Shown here piece after piece: positions 1 through 12,899 of a stretch of 64,000 nucleotides of DNA. Below the pieces are notes generated by a model that saw only the letters and a list, made by a program, of their open reading frames with translations, searched no databases and was not told where the DNA came from. Positions within the stretch are counted from its first letter, which is position 1, and the number at the start of each line of letters is the position of its first letter. The stretch lies in assembly GCF_009914755.1 (NCBI RefSeq), contig NC_060946.1; one strand, written 5' to 3'. The stretch comes from the human T2T-CHM13v2.0 reference genome, Homo sapiens. The position numbers were made by a program, and so were the translations under genes.

Positions 1-1369
1 AATGGAGTTGAATGGAAAGGCATGGAATGGAGTGGAGTGGAATGGAGAAGAGTAGATCAGAATGGAATGGAATGGAATGAAACGGAGTGGAATGGAATGG
101 AGTGGAAGGGAGTGGAATGAAATGGAGTGGAGTAGAATAAACAGGAGAGGAGTAGAATGGAATGGAGTGCAGTAGAATGGAGAGGAGTGGAGTGGAATAC
201 AGTGGAGAGGAAAGTAGAGGAATGGAATAGAGTGGAGAGAATTGAATGGAATGGAGTGTACTGGAATGGAATGCAGTGGAATGGAATGGAACTGAATGGA
301 ATGGAATGGAACAGAATAGAGTGGAGTGGAGTGGAGTGCAGTGGAGTAGGAAGGAGTGAAGTGGAGTGAGGTGGAAAGGAGAACAGTGGAATAAAAAGAG
401 GTGGAGTGGATTGGAATGGCGTGGAATGGAATGGAATCGAATGAAGTGGATTGGAAGGGAGTGGAGTGGAATGGAACTTAGTGAAGTGGAATGGAATTCA
501 ATGGAATGGAATGGAATGGAATGGAAAGGAGTGGAATGGAAAGGAATGGAGTGGAATGGAATGGAGTCAAGTGGAATCGAATAGAATTCAATGGAATGGA
601 ATGGAGTGGAATGGAATGTCATGGAGGGAATCAAATGGAGTGGAGTGGAATAAAATGGAGCGAAATGGAATGGAATGGAATGTAGTGGAATGGAATGGAA
701 TGGAGTGGAGTGGAATGCAATGGAACGGGATGGAAAGAAATTGAATAGAGTGGAATGGAATTGAATGGAATGGAATGGAAAAGAATGGACTGGAGAGGAA
801 TTGAGTGGAGTGGCACGGAATTTAATAGAATAGAGGGAAGTGGAATAGAGTGGAATGGAATGGAGTGGTCTGGAGTGCAATGGAGTTGAGTGGGTTAAAA
901 CTGAGTGGAGTGGATTGGAATGGAGTGCCATGGAATATAGTGGTGTGGAATGGAATGAATGGATTGTAGTGGAGTGGAACGGAGTGGAGTGGAGTAGAGT
1001 GGAATGGAGTAGAGTGGAATGGCATGTTGTGGAGAGGAATGGAATCGAGTGGAGTGGAATGGAATGGAGTGGAGTTGAATGGATTGGAGAGGAATGGAGT
1101 GGATTGGAGTGGAATGAAAACGAGTGGATTACAGTGGAATGGAGTGGAGTGGAGTAGAGTGATGTGTAATGGAATGGAACAGAGTGGAGTGGAGAAGAGT
1201 GGTGTGGAATGGAATGGAAAGGCATTAAGTGGAATGGAGTGGAATGGAATGGAGTGGAATGGAATGGATTGGAATAGAGTGGAATAAAACAGAATATAGT
1301 GGATGGCAGTGGAAGGGAATTGAGTGGAGTGGAATGGAATGGAGTGGAATGGAATGGAATGGAATGCAG

Positions 1370-2160
1370 TGGAAATTTGGGGAGAGGAATGGATTGGAAT
1401 GGAGTGTAGTGGGGTGAAATGCAATGGAAAGGAATGGAGTAGAATGGAATGGAATGGAGTTGGATAGAATGTAGTGGACTGCAGTGGAGGTGAATGGAGT
1501 GGAGTGGAATGGATTGGAGTGAGTGTAGTGGAGTAGATGTGAGTGGAGTGGTATTAAGTGGATTAGAATGGAGTGGAGAGGAATGGAATGGAGTTGAAGG
1601 GAATAGAATGGAGAGGAATGGAGTGGATTGGAAGGGAGTGGAGAAGAGTATATTGGAATGGAATGGAGTGGGTTGGAATGCAATGCAAAGGAAAGGAATT
1701 TAATGGAATGGAATGGGATAAAATGCAGTGGGCTTGAATGGAGAGGAGTGGAATGGAGTAGAGTAGAGTGGAATGGAATGGAGTGGAAAGGAATGGATTG
1801 GAATGTAGTGGAATGGAATGGACTGGGCTGCAGTTGAATGGAAGGGATTGGATTGGAATGGAATGGAATGGAGTGGAGTGGAATGGAATGGAATGGATTG
1901 GAATGGAATGGAGTGGAGTGGAATGGAATTGAGTGGAGTGGAGTGGAATGGAATGCTGTGGTATAGAGAGATGTGGAGTGGAATGGAATGGAGTGGAGTG
2001 GAGAGGAGCGGAGTGGAATGGAATGGAATGGAGTGGAATGGAAACGAGTGGACTGGAGTGGAATGGAGTAGAGAGGTGTGGAAATGATTGGGATAGAGTG
2101 GAGTGGAGAAGAGTGGTGTGGAATGGAATGGAATGGAATGGAGTGGAGTGGAATAGAGTG
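1370..2160 (+). repeat. Copy 1 of a ~0.8-kb diverged dispersed duplication (partner ~5090-5940)
   Basis: Collinear landmarks: tggatagaatg 1461/5184, gggataaaatg 1715/5433, gaatgct(g/c)tggtataga 1951/5724, aaacgagtg 2042/5820. Offsets are 3718-3778. Confidence 0.85.
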
Positions 2161-3920
2161 GTTTGGAATGGAGAGGACTGGAATGGACTGGAATGGAACG
2201 GAGTGGAATAAGTTGGAATGGAGTGGAGTGGAGTGGAATGGAATGGAATGCAGTGGAAGGGAATGTAATGGCATGGAGTGGAGAGGAATGAACTAGAGTG
2301 GAGGTGATAGGAGTGGAGTGGAATGGAGTGAGTTGGAATGGAGTGGAGTGGAATGGAATGGAGTTGAATGGAATGGAATGGAGAGGAATGGAGTGGAGTG
2401 GAATGGAATGCAGAGGAGTGGATTGAAATGGAATGGAGTGGGATGGAATGGAATGGAAAGGAATGGAGTGGAACGGAATGGAATAAAACGCAGCGGAGTT
2501 GAATGGAGTTGAGTGCACTAGAGGGAAGTGGAGGGGAGTGGAATGGAATGGCATGGAGTCGAATGGAGTGGAATGGATTGGAATGTAGTGGAATGGAGTG
2601 GAATGGAATGGAATAAAATGTAATGGATTAGAATGGAGTGGAATGGAATGGAGTGCGGTGCAATGAATAGAGTGGTGTGGAATGGAATGAATGGGGTGGA
2701 ATGGAATGGAGTACAGTTGAATGGAGGCTAGTGGAGTGGAAGGGAGAGGAGTGGAATGGAGTGGAGTGTTGTGGAATGGAATGGTGTGGAATGGAACGGA
2801 GTGGATTGTAGAGGAAAGAATAGAGTGGAGAGGAATGGGATGTAATGGAGTGGAATGGAGTGGGGTAGACGGGAAGGGAAAAGAATGGATTGGAATGGAG
2901 TGGATTCGAGTGGAATGTAAAGGAATGGAGTGGAGAGGAATTGAATGGAGTGGAGTGGAATAAAACGCAGTGCAGTGGAATGGAATGAAATGGAGTGGAA
3001 TTAAGTAGATTTTAGTGGAATTGAGTGCAGTGGAATGGAATGGAACGGAATTGACTGGATTGGAGTGTAGTGAAATGGAATGGAATGGAATGGAATGGAA
3101 TGGAATGGAATGGAGTGGAATGGAGTGGAATGGAGTGGAATTAAGTGTAGTGGAATGGAGTGGAGTATAGTCCAATGGAATGGTAAGGAAGGGAATGTAT
3201 TGGAATGGAGTGAAATGGAAAGGAATGTAATGTAGTGGGGTGGAATAAACTGGAGTATCGGGGAATGGAGCGTAGTGGAATGGAATGGAACAGAATTGAG
3301 TGGAATGGAACGGAATGTAGTGGAATGGAAAGGAAGGGGATGGAATGGAATGGAATGCAATGGAAGAGTGGAATGGATTGACATATAGTGGAATGGAGTG
3401 GATTGGAGTGGAATGTAAAGGAATGGAAAGGAGAGGAATTGAATGGAGTGGAGTAGAATATAATGTAGTGCAGTGGAATGGAATGGAATGGAGTGGAATG
3501 CAGTGGAGTGGAGTGGAATGCAGTGGAGTGGAGTGAGTTGGAATAGAGTGGAGAGGAATAGAGTAGAGTGAAGTTCAATGGAGTAGAGTGGAGTGGAATG
3601 GAGTGGAATGTAATAGGGTGGAGTGGTGTGCAATGGAATGGCATGGAGTGGACTGGAATGGAGTGGATTTGAATTGAATGGATTGGAGTGGAATGGAATG
3701 GAGTGCAGTAGAATGGAATGGAATGCAATATAATGGAATGGAATTGAAAGGAATGGAATGGAGTGGAATGGAATGGAATGGAGTAGAATGGAATGGAATG
3801 GAGTGGAGAGGAATGCAATGGAATGGAGTGGAATGGAGTGGAATGGAGTGTAATGGAGTGTAATGGAGTGTAATGGAGTGGAGTGGAGAGGAATGGAATG
3901 CAGTGGAATAGAATGGAGGG

Positions 3921-3985
3921 GAGAGGAGTGGAGTGTAGTGCAGAGGAGAGGAGTGGAGTGTAGTGCAGAGGAGAGGAGTGGAGTG
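3921..3985 (+). repeat. 25-bp tandem duplication (gagaggagtggagtgtagtgcagag x2.6)
   Basis: Exact units start at 3921 and 3946, with a partial unit at 3971. Confidence 0.85.
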
Positions 3986-4499
3986 GAATGGAATAGAATG
4001 GAATGGAATGGAGTGGAGTGGATTGGAGTGGAGTGGAGTGGAATGAAATGGAATGGAATGGAATGGAAAGGAATGGAATGGAGTTGAATGGATTGGAATG
4101 GAGTGAATTGAGTGTAGTGGAATGGAATGGGGTAGAGTGGTATGGAGTGGAATAGAGTGGGATGGAATACTATGGAGGGGAAAGGAGTGGGATGGAATGA
4201 AATGGAGTGTAATGTAATGTAATAGATAAAAATAAACTGGAGTGCGGTGGCATTGAAAGGAATGGAGTGGAATGGAAAGGAATGGAGTGGAATGGAATGG
4301 AGTGGAATGGAATGGAGTGGAATGGAAGAGTGGAATGGAATTGAATAGAATGGAGTGGAATGGAATGGAGTGGAGTGGAATAAAATGGAGTGCAGTGGAA
4401 TGGAATGGTATGGTGTGGAATGGAATGGAGTGTAGTGGAATGCATTGGAGTGGACTGGAGTGGAATGGAGTGGAGTGGAATGGAGTGTAGTCGAGTTGA

Positions 4500-4640
4500 G
4501 GGTAATGGAATGGAATAGAATGTCGAGCAGTGAAATGGAATGAAGAGGAGTGGAATGTAATGGAGTATAACTGTATGGATCGGAATGAAGTGGATTGGAA
4601 TGCAGTGGAGTGGAACGTAGTGGGGAGGAGTGGAATGGAA
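4500..4640 (+). repeat. Diverged dispersed segment, partner at ~6655-6795
   Basis: cgagca...tggaatgaag...ggaatgtaatggagta(t/g)aactg...ggaatgaagtggattggaatg is shared; cgagca lies at 4524 and 6681 (offset 2157). Confidence 0.75.
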
Positions 4641-5005
4641 AGGAATGGAATGGAAAGGAATGGAATTGAGCAGTGTGGAATGGAGTGGAGTGGATTGGAA
4701 TGAAATGGAATGGAATGGAGTGGAGTGGAGTGTAATAGAATGGAATGGAGTGGAATGGAATGGTGAGGAGTTGAATATAGTAGAGTGGAGAGGAATGGAA
4801 AAGAGTGGAGTGAAATAGAGTGGAATGGAATGGAGTGGAGTTGTACGGAGTGGAATGGCATGGAATGGAGTGGAAAGGAGTGGAGTGGAATTGAATGGAA
4901 TTGAGCGGAATGGATTGGACTGGAATGTAATGGAATTCAATGAAGAATGGAATGGAATGGAATGGAGTGGAATAAAGTGGAATGGAGTGGACTGGAGTGG
5001 AATGA

Positions 5006-5086
5006 AATTGAGTGGAGTGGAACGGAATGGAATTGAGTGGAGTGGAACGGAATGGAATTGAGTGGAGTGGAATGGAATGGAATTGA
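5006..5086 (+). repeat. 25-bp tandem repeat (aattgagtggagtggaacggaatgg x3)
   Basis: Units start at 5006, 5031 and 5056; the third has aatgg in place of aacgg. Confidence 0.85.
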
Positions 5087-5089
5087 AAG

Positions 5090-5940
5090 CAGTGGAAAGA
5101 TGTGGAGAAGATTGCATTGGAATGGAGTGTACTGGGGTGGAATGGAATGGAAACGAATGGAGTAGAATGGAGCGGATTGCAGTTGGATAGAATGCAGTGG
5201 ACTGGAGTGGAGGTGATTGGAGTGGAGTGGAATGGAATGGAGTGAGTGGAATGGAGTAGACGGGAGAGGAGTGTAATTAAGTGGATTAAAATCGAGTGGA
5301 GTAGAATGGAATGGAGTTGAAGGGAATGGAATGGAGAGGAATGAAACGGAGTGGAAGGGAGGGGAGAGAAGTGGACTGGAATGGAATGGAGTGGGTTGGA
5401 ATGGAATGCAAAGGAACGGAGTGGAATAGAATGGGATAAAATGGAGTGGATTTGAAAGGAGTGGAGTGGAATGAAGTAGAGTGGAGTGGAATGGAATGGA
5501 AAGGAATGGATAGGATTGGAGTAGAATGAAATGGATTGGTATGGAGTGCAATTGAATGGAGTGGGTTGGAATGTAATAAACTAGAGTGGAATGGAATGGA
5601 CTATGCTGGAGTGGAATGGAGTGGACTGGAGTGGAATGGAATGGGATGGTTTGAAGTGCAATGGAATGGATTGGAATAGAATGGAGTGGAGTGGAATGGA
5701 ATCGTGTGGAGTGGATTAGAATGGAATGCTCTGGTATAGAGTGGTATGGAATGGAATGGAATGGAGTGGGGTGGAGTGGAATGGAGTGGAGTGGAATGGA
5801 AAGGAGTGGAGTGGAAAGGAAACGAGTGAAGTGGAGCGGAATGGAGTGGAATGGAGTAGAGTGGTGTGGAAAGGATTGGAATAAAGAGGAGTGGAGTAGA
5901 GTGGTGTGGAATGGAATGGAATGGAATGGAGTGGAGTAGA
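5090..5940 (+). repeat. Copy 2 of the ~0.8-kb dispersed duplication (partner ~1370-2160)
   Basis: Same collinear landmarks as copy 1. Confidence 0.85.
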
Positions 5941-8900
5941 ATGGAATGGATTGGAATGGGGTGCAATGGAATGGAATGGAGTAGAGTGGAATGGAATGCA
6001 GAGGAGAGGAATGGAATGGAATCGAGTAGAATGGAGTGGAATGGAGTGTAATGGAGTGGAATGGAGTGGAACGAAACGTAATGGAGTGGGAAGGAATGGA
6101 GAGGAGAGGAGAGGAGTGGAGTGGAGTGGAGTGCAATGGAATATAATTTAATGGAATGGAAAGAAATTGAATGGAGTGGAAAGGAGTGGAATTTAGGAGT
6201 GGAATGGAATGGAGTGGAGTGGAATGGAGTGGAGTGGGGTGGAATTGAATGGTATGGAGGGGAATAGAGTGGAATGGAATGAAATGAAGTGGACTGTAGT
6301 CTAGTGGAGTGGAATAAATTTGAGTGCAGTGGAAGGGAATGGAATGGAGTGGAATGGAACGGAATGGAATGGAAATGGAATGAAATTTAATGGAATGGAA
6401 TGGAATGGAATGGAATGGAATGGAATGGAATGGAATGGAATGTAAGTGTGGAATGGGATTGAGTGTAATGGAGTGGAATGGAATGGAGTGGGGTGGAATA
6501 AAATGGAGTGCAGAGCAGTGAAATGGAATGGAGTGGAATGGATTGGAGAGGAATGGAATGCAGTGGAGTGGAGGGGAGTGGAATGGAGTGGAGTGGAACG
6601 GAGGGTAGTGGAGTTGAGTGGAATGGAGTGGAGTGAACAGAGTGCAATGGAGTTGAGTGTAATGGAATGGAGTGGAATGGCGAGCACTGTAATGGAATGA
6701 AGTGAAGTGGAATGTAATGGAGTAGAACTGAATGGAAAGGAATGAAGTGGATTGGAATGGAGTGGAATTGAATGTAGTGGAGAGGAGTGGACCAGAATGG
6801 AATAAAACGGAATTGAATGGAATGGAATGAAATGGAATAGAATGCAAAGGAAAGGAGTGGAATGGAATGGAGTGGAGTGGAATGAAAAGGAATAGAATGG
6901 AGTGGAGTGGAATGGAATGGATTGGAATGGAACGAAATGGAATTGAATGAAATGGAATGGAATGGAATGGAATGAAATGGAATGTAATGGAGTGTAATGG
7001 AATGGTGTAGAGTGGAATGGTGTGGACTGGAGTGGATTAGATTGGAGTGGAGTGTAAAGGAGTGGAATGGAAAGGAGTGGAGTTCTATGGAGAAAAATGG
7101 CTTGGAATGGAGTGGAAAGGTTTGGAGTGGAATTGAATGGACTGCAGTGGAATGGAATGGAATGGACTGCAATGCAATGGAATTCAATGAAATTGAATGG
7201 AATGCAAGGGAATGGAGTGGAGTTGAGTGGAGGGTAATGCAGTGGAATGGAATGGAATGGAGTGGAGTGGAAAGGCACGGAGTGGAATGGAGTTGAGAGG
7301 AGAGAAGAGGAATGGAATGGAATGGAATGGAAAGGAATGGAATGGAATGGAATGGATTGAAATGTAATGGAAAGAATGGAATGGAATGGATTGAAATGGA
7401 ACAGAATGCAGTGGAATGGAACGTAATCGAGTGGAAAGTAAAGGAATGGAATGGAATGGTGTGGAACGGAATGGAATGGAGTGGAGTGGAATGGAGTGGA
7501 GTGTCATGGAATGGAATGGATTGGAATGGTCTGGAGTGGAATGGAGTGGAGTTTAGTGGAATGGAATGTATTGGAGTGGAATGGAATGAAGAGGAGTGGA
7601 GGGGAATGCAGTGGAGTGGAATGGAGTTGAATGGAATTTATTGGAACGGAATGAAAAGGAATGAAGTGGATTGGAGTGGAGTGGAATGGAATGGAATAGA
7701 ATGGAAAGGAATGGAATAGAGTGGAAAGGAGAGGAGTTGAGTGGATTTGAGAGGAGTGGAATGGAATGGAGTTGAGTGGAATTTAGTGGAGTGGAATTTA
7801 AGGGAATGGAATGGAGAGGAATGGAGTGGAATGGAATGGAATGGAGAGTAATGGAATGGAGAGGAGTTGAGTGGAGTGCAGTGCAGTGGAGTGGAATACA
7901 ATGGAAAGAATTGGATCGGAATGGAATGGAATGCAATTGAATGCAATGGAATGGAATGGAGTGGAGTGGAGTGGAATGGAATGGAACGCAATGGAGTGGA
8001 AAGGAATGGAATGGAGTGGAAAGGAATGGAATGGAGTGGAGTGGAATGGAATGGAGTGGAGTGGAATGGAACGGAATGGAGTGGACTGGAATGGAATGGA
8101 ATGGAATGGAACGGAAGGGAGTGGAAGGGAATGGAGTGGAATGGAATGCAATGGAGTAGAGTGGATTGTAATGGTGTGGAATGGAGTGGATTGTAATGGA
8201 ATGGAGAGGACCGAAAAGGAATGGAAAAGAATGGAGTGTAATTGAATGGAAGGGAAAGGAGTGAATTTGAATGGATTGGAGTGGACTGGAGTGGAGTGGA
8301 GTGGAATGGAATTTAATGGAATGGAAAGGAATGGAATGGAATAGAATGGAATGCAATGGAGTGGAATGAAATGGAATTTACAGGAGTGGAATAGAATGGA
8401 GTGCCATGGAATGAAATGGACTGGAGTGGAATGGAATGGAATGGAGTGGAGTGGAATGGAATGGAGTGGATTTTAATGGAGTGGAATGGAGTGGATAGGA
8501 GTTGAGTGGAATGGAATGGAGTGGAATGGAAGGGAGTGAAGTGGATTGCAATGCAGTGGAGTGGAAGGGAATGGAGTGGAGTTGAGTAGAATGGAATGGA
8601 ATTGATTGGAAAGGAATGGAATGGAGTGGAATGGAATGGAGTAGAGTGGAATGGAGGGGAGTGGAGTGTAGTGGAATGGAATGAATGGAGAGGATTAGAG
8701 TTGAGTGGAAGCAAGTGGAAATGAATGGAGTAAAAGGGAATGGATAGGAATGGATTGGAATAGAAAGGAAAGGAGTGAATTGCAATGGAATGGAGTGGAA
8801 TGTAATTGAATGGAATGGAATGGAGTGAAATGTAATGGAGTGGAATAGATTGGAATGCAATGGAGTGGAGAGGAGTGGAATGAAATGGAGTGGAATGGAG

Positions 8901-11900
8901 TGGAGTGGAGTGGAGCCGAATGGAGTGGAGCCGAATGGAGTGGATTGGAGTGGAATGGTGTGGAGTGGAATGGCCTGGAATGGAATGGAGTGGAATGGAC
9001 TGAATTGCAATGGAGTGGAATGCAGTGGAAAGGTGTGGAGAGGAATGGAATGAAGTGGAGTGGAATGTAATGGACTGGAAAGAAATGGAATGGAAGGGAA
9101 TGAAGTAGAGTGGATGGAGAGTTGTGTAGTGGAATGGAATGGAATGGAATAAAGAGCAAAGGAATGGAAAGGAATTGAGTGGAGTAGAATGCAGTGGAGT
9201 GGAATGGAGTGTAGTGGAGTAGAATATAATGGAATGGAATGGAGTGGTGTGAAATGGAATGGAGTGGAGAGGAATGGAGTGGAGTGGAATGGAATGGAGA
9301 GCAATTGAATTGAATGGAATGGAATGGAGTGAATTGGAATGGAATGGAATGGAATGGAATGTAGTGAAGTGCAATGGAATGCAGTGTAGTGGAATGGAAT
9401 TCAGTGGAGTGGAGTGTAGTTGAGTGGAGCGGAATGGAGTGGAATGCAATGGATTGGAATGCAGTTGAATGATATGGAGTGGAATGGCGTGGAATGGAAT
9501 GGAATGGAGTAGATTGGAATGGTATGAAACTTCGTGGAGTGGAATGGAATGGAATGGAATGGAGTAGTGTTGAATGGATTGGAGTTGAGTGTAGTTTAGT
9601 GGAATGGAGTGGAGTGGAATGCAATGGAATGGAATGGAATGGAATGAAAGGAAGAGAAATTCAGTGGAGTGGAGTGTAATGGAGAGGAGTGGAATGGAAT
9701 GGAGTGGAATGGAAAGGAAGAGAGTGGAGTGCAATAGGGTTGAGAGGTTTGGAATGAAATGGGAGTGGAATGGAATGGAGTGGTGTGGAATGGTTTGCAG
9801 TGGAGTCGTGTTGAATGGAGTGGAGTTGAATGGAGCAGAGTGGAGTTGAATGGAGTGTAATGGAATGGAGTGGAATGAAAAGGAATGGAATGGAGTGTAT
9901 TAGAATGTAGTGGAGTAGAGTGGAATGCAGTGTAGTGGAATGGAATGGTGTGGAATGGAATGGAATGGGCTGGATTGAGTGGAATGGAGTGTAGTGGAGT
10001 AGAATGATTGTAGTGAAGTGGAATGGAATTTAAGGGAATGGCGCGGAAAGGAAAGGAATGGAAAAGAATGGAATAAAATGGAAAGAACTGTAATTCAGGG
10101 GAGTGGAGTGGACTGGAGTGGAATGGAATGGAGTGCATTGGAGGGGAGTGGAATGGAATGGAGTGCAATGGAATGGAATGGAGTGGAAAGGAATTGAATG
10201 GATTGTAGTGGAGTGGAATGGAGGGGAGAGAATTAGAGTGCATTGGAGTGAATAGGCATGGAGTGGAATCGAGTGGAATCGAGTGGAGTGGAGTGGAATG
10301 GTGTGGGGTGGAGTGGAGTGTTGTGAATTGTAATGGAATGGAGTTGAGCGGAGTGGAGTGGAATGAAGTGGGGTGGAATGGAATGAGGTTGAATGCTATT
10401 GTGTTGAGTGGAGTGGAGTGGAGTTGATTGGAATGGAGGGGAGGGGAATGGAATGGAGTGAAATGGAGAGGAATGGAATGGACTGGAATTGCCTGGAGTT
10501 GAACGAAATTGAGTGGAGTGGAGGCGAATGGAATGGAGTGGAGTGGAATGGAGTGGAATTGAATGGAATGGAGTGAGGTGGAATGGAATGGAATGGAATG
10601 GAATGGAATGGAATGGAATGGAGTGGAATGGAGTGGAGTGGAATGGAATGGAACGGAGTGGAATGGAATGGAGTAGAATGGAATGGATTTTAACGGAATG
10701 GAATAATGTGGAATGGAGTGGAATGTAATGGAATGGAGTGGAATGGTGTGGAATTGAGGGGAGTGGAATGGAATGGAGTGAAGGGGAGTAGAGTGGAGTG
10801 GATTGGAATGAATCGGAATGGCATGGAGAGGAGTTAATTAGAAAGGAGTGGAATGGAATGGAATGGAATAGAATGTAGTTAGGTGGACTGAAAGGAAGAG
10901 GAATGGAGTGGAGTTGAAAGTAATGGGGTGGAGTGGAATGGAATAAAATGAATTGAAATGGAATGGAGTGGAGTGAATCGGAGTGGAATGGAATGAAGTA
11001 GATCAGAGTGGAGTGAAGTGAAATGGAGTGTAGGGAATAGAATGGAGTTGTATGGATTGGAGTGGATTGGGGTGGAATGATATGGAATGGAGCAGAATGA
11101 AATGGATTGGAAAGGAATGGAGTGGATTGGAGTGGATTGCAATGGAATTGAATGGAATGAAGTACAGTGGAGTGCAGTGGAATTGAATGGTGTGGAGAAG
11201 AAAGTAGTGGATTGGAGGGGAGTTGAGTTCAGTAGAGTGGTTAAGAATAGAGTAGAGTGAAATGGAGTGAAGTGGAGTAGAGTGGAATGGAGTGGATTGG
11301 AATGGAATGGAGTTGTACGGATTGGAGTGGAATGGGGTGGAATGGAATGGAATGGAATGGAATGAAGTGGAGTGGAGTCGAGTGGAGTGGAGAGGAGAGG
11401 AGTGGAGTGGAATGGAGTATACTGGAATGGACTAGAGAGGACTGGAATGGAACGGAGTATAGTGGAGTGGAATGGAGTGGAGAGGATTGGAATGGAATGA
11501 CCTGGAGTGGCATGGTATGGAAAGTAATGAAGTGGAGAGGAATGGAATGGAATGGAGTGGAACGGATTGGAGTGGAATGGAGTGGAATGAAGTGGAATGG
11601 AATGGAATGAAGTGGGGTGGAATGGAGTGGAATGGAATGGATTGTAGTGGAATGTCATGTATTGGAATGGAAGGAAATGAATTGGAAAGCAAAGGAATGG
11701 AATGGAGTGGAGTGGAATGGAATGGAGTGGAGTGGAATGGAATGGTGTGGAAGGAAAGGGAATGGAATGGAGTGGAACGGAAAGTAGTGGAATGGAATGG
11801 AGTTGATTGGATTTGAATGGAATGGAATGGAGTGTAGAATAGTGTAGTGGAGTGGAGTGGAGTGTAATTTAATGAAGTGGAATGGGTAGCAGTGGAATTC

Positions 11901-12899
11901 AATTGAGTGGAGTGGAACGGAATTGAGTGGAATGGAATGGCATATAATGAAGTTGAGTAGAATGGAGTGGAGTGAAATGAAGTGAAGTGTTGTCGAATGG
12001 AATGGAATGGAATAGAATGGAATGCAATGGAGTGGAATGGAATGCAGTGGAATGGAATGGAGTGGAGTGAAATAAAATGAAGTGCAGTGGAATGGAATTG
12101 AGGGTAATGGAGTGGAATGGAGTTTAGTGGTGTGGAGTGGAATGGAATGGAGCGTAATTTAACGGAATGGAAGAGAGTGCAGTGGAATGGAATGCAGTGG
12201 AGTAGAATGAAATGGAGTGGAAGGAAATGGAATGGAGTGGAGGGGAATTGAATGGAGTGGAATAAAATGGAGTGGAGTGGAAAGGAATGGAGTGGAATGG
12301 AACGGAGAGTAGTGGAGTGGAATTGAATGGAGTGGATTGGAGTTGATTGGAATGGAGTGGAGTGGAATCGAATGGAGTGGAATGGGATGACATGGAGTGG
12401 CATGGAATGGAATAGAATGTAGGGGACATGAATGGAATTCAATGGAATGGAGGGTAATGGATTGGTGAGGAGTGAAGTGGAATAGAATGGAGTGGAGTGT
12501 AGTGGAAAGGAGTGGAGTGAGGTGAAATGGAGTGCAAAGGAATGGAATGGAGTTTAGTGGAATTGAGTGAAGTGGAGTGGAATAGAGAGGAGTGGAATGG
12601 AGGGGAATGGAATGGAGTGGAGAGGAATGGAATGGATTTGAGTGTAGTGGAATGGAATGGAGTGGAGTGAAATGGAATGGATTGGAAAGGAATGGAATGG
12701 AATGTAGTGGAGTGCAGTGGAGTGGAATGGAGTGGAGTGGACTGGTATGGCATGAAGTGGAATTGGATGGAGTGGAATGGATAGCAGTGGAATGGTACAG
12801 AGAGCATTGGAATGGAATGGAGTGAAATGCAATGGAAGAGAAGAAGGTGGAGTGGAATGGTGTGGAGTAGAATAGAGTGGAGGTGACTGGATTGGATTG

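Noticed and set aside
4221-4236. AATAAA polyadenylation signals and A-rich patches as retroposon tails (also 24627-24636 and 53027-53033)
   Set aside because: AATAAA arises readily from GGAAT followed by AAAAT. The A runs are 7 bp or shorter, with no target-site duplication or element body.
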